A DNA stretch of 28,393 nt. It comes from Nitrospirota bacterium (GTDB lineage: Bacteria; Nitrospirota; Thermodesulfovibrionia; Thermodesulfovibrionales; Dissulfurispiraceae). The notes under the pieces are model-generated. The model saw only the letters and a program-made list of their open reading frames with translations. It had not been told where the DNA came from and searched no databases. The stretch spans positions 1-28,393 of the forward strand of contig JBFLWF010000028.1 in assembly GCA_040758355.1 (NCBI GenBank), in the 5' to 3' direction. Made by a program: the position numbers and the translations under genes. Positions 20,835-28,393 of this stretch are shown piece by piece (within the stretch, counting starts at the first letter, position 1; the number at the start of each line of letters is the position of its first letter).

Positions 20835-20850
20835 GAACTGCCCCACAGAC

Positions 20851-21198
20851 CTAAAGAAATTGCAATTGTTCCGGCTGTTTTTCCGGTTCCACACTCTTTT
20901 TCCCAACAAAAACCTCCATTTTCCCAAACTGCCTGTCCGTAACTGCGAGGAGTCTCACCTGCCCATTTTTAGGCAACACAGACCGTACATATTTACGATG
21001 CACCTTGCTTGCCTCTTCAGTAGTGCAAAAGCGGGCATATACTGAGAACTGAAGCATTATAAATCCTCTCTTTATAAGTTTTTTTCGGAATGCCGTATAA
21101 TCTCTGCGCGCATCCTCGGTATCTACCGGAAGATCAAACATCACCATAAGCCACATGCTCTTATATCCTGATGTTTCATCAAAAATATCATTAAACAT
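20851..21198 (-). CDS. cas2: CRISPR-associated endonuclease Cas2
   Basis: MWLMVMFDLPV, FRKKLIKRGFIMLQFSVYAR, VTDRQF (type II-style Cas2). Confidence 0.96.
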   Translation of the reverse strand: MFNDIFDETSGYKSMWLMVMFDLPVDTEDARRDYTAFRKKLIKRGFIMLQFSVYARFCTTEEASKVHRKYVRSVLPKNGQVRLLAVTDRQFGKMEVFVGKKSVEPEKQPEQLQFL

Positions 21199-21200
21199 TT

Positions 21201-22091
21201 TTACAAAGCAGGCAGACTCAGCTTCTTTCTCGTACTGCTGTAAACATCCGCAAGTGATGAGGCAGCCCGTGCCAATATGCTAAAGAGCGCCCTTTCTTCT
21301 CCATCTATATAAAATGTTGATAGAAGCGCCTCTATAATTTTTTTCTTGATTGCAGTGTTTAACTGAGCGTCAGTTCCAATTTTACGAATAAGAAGCGCTA
21401 CTGCTTTATCTACGAGCGGACGAAACGGCTCCATAATATCGCTTGCAAGACAGAAGTTATCATACTTGTTATGATGATTTACGCCTAAAGATGGATGAAG
21501 CCCCGCACCGCATATGGCACGCGCTGTCAAGGCTCTGAGTATGGCATATCCATAGTTGAGCAGGCGGTTCTGATCATTAGCGTATCTGTTTCTACGAAAT
21601 GTCTTATCGCTAAAGAGCGCAGGCCAATATCTTTGTGCAGCCTGCGCTTCAATATTGCCAGTATCGCCTGATGTTACCCTCACGGCAAGTAATGTTAAGC
21701 CTCTATCAGAGCCTGTCATCTCAGTTAAAACATTTGCCTGAGCTTTAATTTTAGCTGTTACAATCTGCTGCCAGATACGCTTTTGGAGAGGCTTTGGAGC
21801 AACCGCCTGTTTTCTAAATCTTTCGGATTGGGTAAAATGAGAATCCAGAGGCAGCATCATTGCGGATGGCTGGAACTTTTCATCGCAGATAACCACAATC
21901 CCGCCTTGAGACGCAAGGCGGGAAATCACTGCCTGTGTCATGATTACGCGCGGGTTTGAGATAACCAATGCGCCGATATGAGAGATCGGCATGGTAGCTA
22001 TTGTCTTGCCTTCGCATTCAAGCAAGAGGTTGTCAAGATTGACGCTCAATTTGCCGGAATGTTCGGATATTTCAATAATCCTGTCAGTCAT
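21201..22091 (-). CDS. cas1: CRISPR-associated integrase Cas1 (type II)
   Basis: SGDTGNIEAQAAQRYW, NRLLNYGYAILR, LGVNHHN, LASDIMEPFRPLVD. Confidence 0.97.
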   Translation of the reverse strand: MTDRIIEISEHSGKLSVNLDNLLLECEGKTIATMPISHIGALVISNPRVIMTQAVISRLASQGGIVVICDEKFQPSAMMLPLDSHFTQSERFRKQAVAPKPLQKRIWQQIVTAKIKAQANVLTEMTGSDRGLTLLAVRVTSGDTGNIEAQAAQRYWPALFSDKTFRRNRYANDQNRLLNYGYAILRALTARAICGAGLHPSLGVNHHNKYDNFCLASDIMEPFRPLVDKAVALLIRKIGTDAQLNTAIKKKIIEALLSTFYIDGEERALFSILARAASSLADVYSSTRKKLSLPAL

Positions 22092-25000
22092 TCGCCTGCC
22101 TAACCTCGCCGAGCGGTGTGATAATAACCTTGCGGCAATTTAATTTCTTCAAAGGCTCAAGAAGGCTTGATTCCAGCTTTTTAGGCTTTGCCTCATTGAT
22201 CGGCGCATACATAATACGAGCATATTCCTTGCCTCCAACCCTTGTTACCGTAATAGTTTTTATGACAAACAATTCTTTCTTTTCCGGTTCCGCTTCCAGT
22301 TCAATAATGTCGCCTAGAGCTAAAGAACAAATGAACCGCCTATTATCGGTTTGTTCCCTGTTTATGACCGGCTCTCGCTTTTTGAGCCGCTGTGCTGCTT
22401 CAAACATGCTGACGGTTTTGCCTGTCCATTTTGTTTTGGCATTTTTTTGCGTTTCCTCAAAGATTTCTATATGGCTGTTCAATCCTGAAGTCACATATCT
22501 CTCTGCATATCCCGAACCCACAGGCATAACCGTCTCTGATTTTCTAACACGGACTTTCTTGATAGGTATTTTTCTCTGCTGTCCGGTTCTTTTTTCTGTT
22601 GCTGATAGAAATGGAAGTCTCTCCTCACTGCCGAACGCTTTTTGAATATCACTCTCTCCAAGCTTTTCTGGATTATAACCAAGGTCGCGAAGTTTGTTGA
22701 TTACAATCTCTTTTATTCTTTCATCAACAATATTTTTAATGTCGGATGGTGTAAGCGATGGCACCTTTTTCCGCACATGAACATATTCTTTTCCGTCTGA
22801 TGCTTTTATAGGTTTGCTGTATATAGTCTCTTCGTGTAACGCGCCGCGTATTCTGTGCGACACGCGGTGGGAGACTGTAAGCTCCCTGATAGACTGTCTG
22901 ACATTTTCTAAGAATCCTTCCCACGGCTCTACGATATTACCGAATAAGCGCCGTCTCTCTGCTGCAGCTCGTTTTGACGCTTCGCTGAGCGTTTTGAATA
23001 TCTGGTGGTCGGTGAGCGCTATTGTAATTGCATCAATAGCATGGTGTCTGTGATCTGTGCGCTCCTTTTTCCCGCCGTCTCCGAGCACTCTGTTCAAATT
23101 CAGTGCATTTCTCAGATGGGCGGTAATACCCCCTCTTCCGGCCTGAATGCGCCTTTTGCCGCTTTCATCAATCACGCCTCCGTAGAGAAGACCGAGATAA
23201 TCCATTGCAATTTTGCTTACATAGCGCGTGTCGTTCAACTGGCTGCTGACGAAATCTTCCCAATCTGTCGATCTTTCCATAAGAAAGCGTTGTAGCTTTG
23301 CTTGTTTCATACCTTTGTCGCATTTAAAGGTTTTTACTCTTCCAATAATCTCACCCCATCGTTCAGTATTACCCGAATACGCTTCAAAAGGAGTCTTGCC
23401 TGATTTCATATTTCTGTTCTCTTCTGCCAGACAGAGAGTTTTATTTATATAGGAATTATCAAGACATCGGCTAAAGGGAATTATATGTTCTATATCAAAA
23501 TTTCCAAGCGTTGAGAATGAGATTGGCGTTCCTGTATAAGGGCATCTCCAGTTGGCTTCTTCAGCCAGCATGACTTTTAATATATCTTGTGATGTAGCTG
23601 CTCGATCTGTTTCTTTAAGAAATGAGTCCGCTGCCTTCTTTCGCTCTGTTTCTTTGCGGCGACTGACCTTCCAAGTTTCTTCCCGCTGTTTTCTGCTTTT
23701 CTTCATGTCTCTTGCAAGCTCAATCCTGATCGCCTCAGGCTTGCCGTATTCCTTAACAATGGCATTAACGACTTTTCGCAATTCCGTAAGCGCCCTGATT
23801 ACGACAAGATTTCGCATATCATCGTCATAATCAGAAACAGGCGGAAGCATATCACGGGGCGGCTCTTTAGGACGGTCACCATAAATCTCTTTAACTGCTG
23901 TTGCATATGCAGTGCCATTTTCAAGTAATGACAGAACTTTTTTTATTGCCTTCTTAGACAGGTTGCAATAGCCTGGTTGCAAATTGATTTTTGGCAAAGA
24001 CAAGGCCATTTTTTCGTCAAGATTAAATTCTACAATAATCTTTTCAGGCAATCCCCGCTCATTTTCCTGACAATTTATAACCTCAGCTACGAGACGCTGT
24101 TTCTGTTCATCAGACCACGAAATCCATATATCGCCCAAGATTTTATGGAAAGCGGCAGCGGTTCTATTTCCTATCAAACGAGTTTCTCCGCCGCCTTCAA
24201 GGTTGATTTTTGTTTTATGTGGAAGATTCAAAAGCTTTTTTGCATCGGTAATTGTCAAATCCCCCTCATTTTCAAGCCGTGCAATAAGGGCAATCCTTTC
24301 TTCTGATGTCAAATCTCTTACGCTGCCGTCAGGCATTATAATCCTCGTATTGTTTATGTTTTGAAGCATTCTGAACTGTTGAGCTTGTAATGATGCCCAT
24401 GGCGCGCGCTTATGTCCGGGTTCAAACTGACAATCGCCTATTAAATGTTTCTGGCTTTTAAGCGGACGCTGAAAAAAGATAGCATGGTAAATAGTCTCTT
24501 TTAATGCTGGAGTTAATTGTTCAGGATAAAATGCCGCCTGTTTATCCCATATAAGATTGAATTCCTTTTTATACATATCACGGAGGGTATAACGTCCCCG
24601 AATCTTATTGGAATTGTCGGCAAAGGGATCAAGCCGGACAAAATATTCTCCAAGAGTGCGGGCGTTCGCTTTCTCTATTTCCAATTGCAAAAAATGTGTT
24701 TCCTCAGCAATCTTGCCTTCTTCTTCTTTTTGTTTCTCACTCTTGCCTTTTTTATTTGTCCTCTCAAAGCCGCGCCGCTGCGCAAGATGATACAACGCTC
24801 GTCCTATCTCATAAGGCTCAAGCTTCTCATCGAGACCGGCAGCCCTTAGCAAGTAAAGTAGGTTATGATGTATTTTTATCTGCGTTCTGTATTCATCCTC
24901 TCCTCTTGCCATAAGTTTTTCATTCCAAGAGACTGCCAACTCTGTATCAAGTTTCTTTAACAGCCAGTCTTTCTGCTGTGAGATTTCTTTGCGGCTTAAT

Positions 25001-25296
25001 TTGCTATCAAGCGGCACACCGTCAATGGGAAGCAGACCAGCTTTCTGGAGAACCACAAAAAGATCATTTAAACGGTTTGCAGTGCGTTCTGTTTGCCTGC
25101 GGGATTGACGCGCATTTCTTCTTTGTACATTATGCGATTCTTCTTTACCTAAGCCATATCCTTTTACTCCAGCATCAAAGGTGCGAACACCTGTTTTGAT
25201 AACGCCTATGGGTTTATATCCATCGCTTTTGAGCATCGCCCAGCCTATAGAATTCGCTCCAAGATCAAGCCCTAAAATGTATTGTTCTGCGCTCAT
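22084..25296 (-). CDS. cas9: Type II-C CRISPR RNA-guided endonuclease Cas9 (1070 aa)
   Basis: RuvC-I LGLDLGANSIGWA, Arg-rich bridge helix, RuvC-II IELARD, HNH DIEHIIPFS..DNS..NK, NDTRY, RuvC-III HHAIDA; no csn2 or cas4 in the operon; AGGAGG RBS. Confidence 0.98.
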   Translation of the reverse strand: MSAEQYILGLDLGANSIGWAMLKSDGYKPIGVIKTGVRTFDAGVKGYGLGKEESHNVQRRNARQSRRQTERTANRLNDLFVVLQKAGLLPIDGVPLDSKLSRKEISQQKDWLLKKLDTELAVSWNEKLMARGEDEYRTQIKIHHNLLYLLRAAGLDEKLEPYEIGRALYHLAQRRGFERTNKKGKSEKQKEEEGKIAEETHFLQLEIEKANARTLGEYFVRLDPFADNSNKIRGRYTLRDMYKKEFNLIWDKQAAFYPEQLTPALKETIYHAIFFQRPLKSQKHLIGDCQFEPGHKRAPWASLQAQQFRMLQNINNTRIIMPDGSVRDLTSEERIALIARLENEGDLTITDAKKLLNLPHKTKINLEGGGETRLIGNRTAAAFHKILGDIWISWSDEQKQRLVAEVINCQENERGLPEKIIVEFNLDEKMALSLPKINLQPGYCNLSKKAIKKVLSLLENGTAYATAVKEIYGDRPKEPPRDMLPPVSDYDDDMRNLVVIRALTELRKVVNAIVKEYGKPEAIRIELARDMKKSRKQREETWKVSRRKETERKKAADSFLKETDRAATSQDILKVMLAEEANWRCPYTGTPISFSTLGNFDIEHIIPFSRCLDNSYINKTLCLAEENRNMKSGKTPFEAYSGNTERWGEIIGRVKTFKCDKGMKQAKLQRFLMERSTDWEDFVSSQLNDTRYVSKIAMDYLGLLYGGVIDESGKRRIQAGRGGITAHLRNALNLNRVLGDGGKKERTDHRHHAIDAITIALTDHQIFKTLSEASKRAAAERRRLFGNIVEPWEGFLENVRQSIRELTVSHRVSHRIRGALHEETIYSKPIKASDGKEYVHVRKKVPSLTPSDIKNIVDERIKEIVINKLRDLGYNPEKLGESDIQKAFGSEERLPFLSATEKRTGQQRKIPIKKVRVRKSETVMPVGSGYAERYVTSGLNSHIEIFEETQKNAKTKWTGKTVSMFEAAQRLKKREPVINREQTDNRRFICSLALGDIIELEAEPEKKELFVIKTITVTRVGGKEYARIMYAPINEAKPKKLESSLLEPLKKLNCRKVIITPLGEVRQAND

Positions 25297-25311
25297 CTCG
25301 CTGCCTCCTCC

Positions 25312-25340
25312 TTGACAAAAGTTATAGCAATGTCTATATT
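25312..25340 (+). promoter_or_regulatory. Sigma70 promoter for tracrRNA
   Basis: TTGACA(25312)-17 nt-TATATT(25335); predicted +1 at about 25347 coincides with the first base of the anti-repeat. Confidence 0.8.
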
Positions 25341-25346
25341 AAATTC

Positions 25347-25462
25347 AGTGTACTCAAGTAACGGTTGCCCTTATGTACTACAGTAAGGACTTCCGTTCCG
25401 CAGGGAAAGCTCTGAGGAGCCCCCTTCTGGAAAGCCCCGTTTAAAAGCGGGGCTTTCTTTTT
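25347..25462 (+). ncRNA. tracrRNA
   Basis: Anti-repeat AGTGTACTCAAGTAACGGTTGCCCTTATGTACTACAGT vs repeat reverse complement AGTGTACTCAAATAACGGTTTCCCTTCAACCACAGC; then AAGG nexus, hairpins and an intrinsic terminator. Confidence 0.92.
25430..25462 (+). terminator. Intrinsic terminator of tracrRNA
   Basis: GAAAGCCCCG/CGGGGCTTTC 10-bp stem followed by TTTTT. Confidence 0.85.
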
Positions 25463-25474
25463 CTATCATTGGTA

Positions 25475-25678
25475 TTACCATTCCTTACTCACCGGAGGCA
25501 TGGAAATGCTGAAGCAGAATGGTTTGGCTACTTTTGAATGTTCTTGAGTTTTTATCCGGATAGAGGTTTTTTTATAGACAGCATCGGATTTTTCGAGCGC
25601 CTCCTTTATCAGCACCGTAAACCTGTGGCGGTAAAGAATGGGCAATTTGTCGGCTCTAAAAGTCAATTTTATTCTCAT
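25475..25678 (-). pseudogene. cas6: Truncated CRISPR endoribonuclease Cas6 (N-terminal remnant)
   Basis: MRIKLTF..LPILYRHRF..LIKEAL..KPFCFS resembles the Cas6 N-terminus (MRxxl, lP.nY, K.FtFS); only 67 aa with no C-terminal G-loop; ends next to the tracrRNA terminator. Confidence 0.72.
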
Positions 25679-26238
25679 TTCAGTTTGCCCTTATTTAATA
25701 TTTCCTCAAATGTCCTTAAAAAATCTTTAATATCGGATGCTACATCAAATTCTTTTAACCAGCCACGTATATACTTCGTATCGATATCGGGATTTTTAAG
25801 GATAATCGTCCTTACATCCTCTAAGTCCCTCGGTCTTCCTGCAAAGATTTTGTGGATTATGACATCTTCAGGCGAAGCAAAATATACTTCCTGACTCAGC
25901 ATCTCTATTTTTTTTGCCCTCTTTATGGCTTCCGTTTCATAGGGCGTAAATGAGAAAATGAAATCTACCCTTATGCCGGTTGTTTCATCCAATGCAGGTA
26001 GAACCATTGTCTGCATAACAAAGGATTTTATGTCTTCAGGTATGGGTTTAAGAGAAAGGTCTTGAATAACGACAAGAAGCTCATCAATATGATTGGCATT
26101 TACGCCAAGTGTAACATCTATGTCTCTGGTAAGACGGGGTTCTCCATAGAGTAGCACTGCCTGCCCGCCTATAATCATGTAGGGGATATTGTGTTTTTTG
26201 AGGCTTGCTCCTATCCTTGAGAGTATCTCTTCAAACAT
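25675..26238 (-). CDS. Nucleotidyltransferase, AbiEii/DUF6036-like (putative toxin)
   Basis: IIGGQAV..YGEPRLTRDID pol-beta-type motif, RVDFIF, C-terminal K.FAGRPRDLEDV. Confidence 0.8.
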   Translation of the reverse strand: MFEEILSRIGASLKKHNIPYMIIGGQAVLLYGEPRLTRDIDVTLGVNANHIDELLVVIQDLSLKPIPEDIKSFVMQTMVLPALDETTGIRVDFIFSFTPYETEAIKRAKKIEMLSQEVYFASPEDVIIHKIFAGRPRDLEDVRTIILKNPDIDTKYIRGWLKEFDVASDIKDFLRTFEEILNKGKLK

Positions 26239-26432
26239 GAATTCAATATCTTTGCAACTTTTATATCTACATCTATTCCTTCTAACGGTTCTTTAGGAGG
26301 CAGTATGCCAAGTGTAACGCCTTCATGCCACATGGCATCAAAGATTTTCATGGCACTGCCAAAAGACAGTCTGCCTTCATCCCTCATAAAATTGTCTTCA
26401 AACCTTTTAAGTATTTCTGGACTCTTTATCAT
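26211..26432 (-). CDS. Small hypothetical protein (putative antitoxin/partner of the nucleotidyltransferase)
   Basis: 73-aa ORF overlapping the NTase start by 28 nt; two-gene TA-like layout. Confidence 0.65.
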   Translation of the reverse strand: MIKSPEILKRFEDNFMRDEGRLSFGSAMKIFDAMWHEGVTLGILPPKEPLEGIDVDIKVAKILNSCLKRYSQG

Positions 26433-26468
26433 CTCTTATCCATTTTAGCATGAAAATTCCATAAATAA

Positions 26469-27515
26469 TCAGCCCTGATAAATATGCACATCCCTCTGTG
26501 GGAATGGGATTCTTATTCCGAGTTCATCGAATCTCTTATAGATTCCCCTGTTTATTTCATCAACAGTGCGAAGCCGTAATGCAGGCTCTTTTATCCAGCA
26601 TAATAGCTCAAGGTTCAGCGCTGATTCTCCGAACGCATTGAAAAATACCTTTGGTGCAGGATCATCAAGGATATTGCCATTCTGTGCGGCAATATCGATT
26701 AATGTCTTCTCAACAAGGTCAATATCGCTTCCATAGGCGACATTTACAGGAATCCTTACCCTGAGATTTGGTGTCGGCGCACTCTCATTTACTATCTTTG
26801 AGCCGGCGATTATGGAATTGGGGATGGTTATCATTATGTCATCGAGGGTCTTAATCCTCGTGCTCCTTATACCGATTGACACAACCTCTCCCCTGTCAAC
26901 CTTATCGATGACGATAAAATCTCCTATCTTAAACGGCTTGTCCGCAAATACGCTTATTCCGCCAAAGAAATTGGCTATAGTGTCCTTTGCTGCCAATGCA
27001 ATAGCAGCACCGGCGATTCCTGCCGATGCTATAAGAGGCGTGATGTTTATCTTCCATATGGATAAGATAACCATGAGCGAGGCGAGGATTATTGCTATCT
27101 TTGAGACATTCTCGATTAATGGAATTATGTCTTTGCTCAAGCCTGTTACATCAGATACCTTATGGATGGCGTCTTCGATAACAATATTGCTTACCTTGAC
27201 GGCTGCAATCGTCCATATTGCGGTCATCACCGAATAGATGATGCCGTCGGCATAAAACATTACCTTTTGTGAAGGTCTCAGGTACGCAATAGCAAGAACA
27301 ATCCCGATCAGTATTATCGTGAAATAAATGGGTCTGTGAATAGCATCCAGTATTTTGTCATCGATATCACTCTTTGTAAATCTTGTAAATTTGCGTAAAA
27401 CTTTGTCCACGAAAAAGTCGGCAATCTTTGCTATCACGATGAAAGCCGCAATGGAGAGAATTGCATTGATATAAGGCGATGCCGAGATATTAAGGGATTC
27501 TATCAATCTTGTCAT
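26469..27515 (-). CDS. Small-conductance mechanosensitive channel (MscS family)
   Basis: AIALAAKDTIANFFGG, DKPFKIGD, IGIRST, IPNS, GIRIPFPQRDVH. Confidence 0.93.
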   Translation of the reverse strand: MTRLIESLNISASPYINAILSIAAFIVIAKIADFFVDKVLRKFTRFTKSDIDDKILDAIHRPIYFTIILIGIVLAIAYLRPSQKVMFYADGIIYSVMTAIWTIAAVKVSNIVIEDAIHKVSDVTGLSKDIIPLIENVSKIAIILASLMVILSIWKINITPLIASAGIAGAAIALAAKDTIANFFGGISVFADKPFKIGDFIVIDKVDRGEVVSIGIRSTRIKTLDDIMITIPNSIIAGSKIVNESAPTPNLRVRIPVNVAYGSDIDLVEKTLIDIAAQNGNILDDPAPKVFFNAFGESALNLELLCWIKEPALRLRTVDEINRGIYKRFDELGIRIPFPQRDVHIYQG

Positions 27516-27525
27516 AAATTCCCTC

Positions 27526-28267
27526 CTATTCTTCGATATAATTCAAGTCCTTGTGGAAAGTCTCCTCAAGGCGGTATAGCGCATAAAACGCAATGAGCAT
27601 GCATAAAGCGCCCACCATAGCCCCTGCATTAAGTATACCAAAATATTTTTTAGTTATCTGAAACAGGAAGGTAATGGGAATAACCGTACCGCGAATAAAA
27701 TTAGGCACTGTAGAGGCCACTGTTGCCCTTATGTTGGTTCCAAACTGCTCTGCAGCAATGGTAATGAATATTGCCCAGTAGCCCACTGCAAAACCTATTA
27801 TTCCGCAGGATAGATAAAACAATGAAGAGCTTGCTCCGCGGGGCATGAAATATAAGGCTATGGAAATGGAGGATAGTATCAGAAACATCGATACGATCTT
27901 TTTTCTGCTCCGAAAATACTGGCTGAGGAATCCACTGATAAAATCTCCAAAGACCAGTCCTATATAGCAGAACATCACTGCCTCTCCTGCATTAATCGTC
28001 CCTGAAATATTCATTGTCTTTGCGAATTCAGGCGAAAAGGTAATGAGTATGCCTACACAGAACCATATGGGAAGCCCAATGAGGATGGAGTTCATATATT
28101 TGAAGAAACGCCTGCGGTTGGTGAAAAGCATAAATAAATTTCCTCTGCTTATGTCCCTTTCTTCTATCTGTTTATACATCCCTGACTCATAAACACTTAT
28201 CCTCATTATGAGCAGGAGCATGCCGAGACCTCCGCCTATGAAATAGGCAATCCTCCAATCAAAATGT
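27526..28267 (-). pseudogene. MFS transporter, C-terminal part, interrupted by ISL3 insertion
   Basis: Frame continues upstream of the ORF-track start as HFDWRIAYFIGGGLGMLLLIMR up to 28267, where IS sequence begins; AEQFGTNIRAT and LEETF MFS motifs. Confidence 0.85.
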
Positions 28268-28393
28268 GGCTCTTCGTGTAATCGAGTGGGTCATTTTATA
28301 TCTCCTTGAGCATACATGTAAGTATTTTCAGGCGCAGATACTCCTCGTCTCTGAGACCGTAAGCCCTTCTCTGTATAACACGAATTTTGTTGT
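28268..28393 (-). mobile_element. ISL3-family insertion sequence, right end, truncated by window edge
   Basis: Terminal GGCTCTTCG (ISL3-type end); minus strand 28393-28296 encodes NKIRVIQRRAYGLRDEEYLRLKILTCMLKEI*, a typical ISL3 transposase C-terminus. Confidence 0.88.

Noticed and set aside
22118..25199. Numerous plus-strand ORFs opposite cas9 (and similar ORFs opposite dnaX, pgm, lpdA, eno, GH57, mscS)
   Set aside because: Antisense or alternate-frame shadows with no recognisable motifs

Overview
Chromosomal window from a bacterium of moderate GC. Gene content and protein style suggest Nitrospirota/Thermodesulfovibrionia (inference). Both edges end in an insertion sequence: an IS3-family left end at 1-125 and an ISL3-family right end at 28268-28393, the latter inserted into an MFS gene. 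Core genes are tRNA-Ser(GGA)-SRP RNA-dnaX-ybaB-recR, a phosphoglucomutase, an L,D-transpeptidase + mepK pair, a USP, mtaD, a UbiA/MqnP-like prenyltransferase and gcvH-lpdA-eno-ftsB-GH57. A 162-nt rod-shaped 6S-like RNA candidate lies between the prenyltransferase and mtaD. Defence content comprises a UPF0175/DUF3368 (PIN) TA pair, a single-chain Type IIG/ISP-like R-M enzyme and a complete compact type II-C CRISPR-Cas9 locus. That locus has a 1070-aa Cas9, cas1, cas2, a readable tracrRNA with promoter and terminator, and 6 full repeats plus 1 eroded repeat with 6 spacers. Each full repeat carries a TTGAAG-N17-TACACT promoter-like motif. The Cas9 cassette abuts a truncated cas6-like gene that is translationally coupled to an AbiEii-like nucleotidyltransferase/small-protein pair. 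This suggests a type II-C system replaced an older Cas6-dependent (type I/III) system and now sits downstream of that toxin-like module. All calls are from reading the sequence and recalled family motifs; no searches were run.
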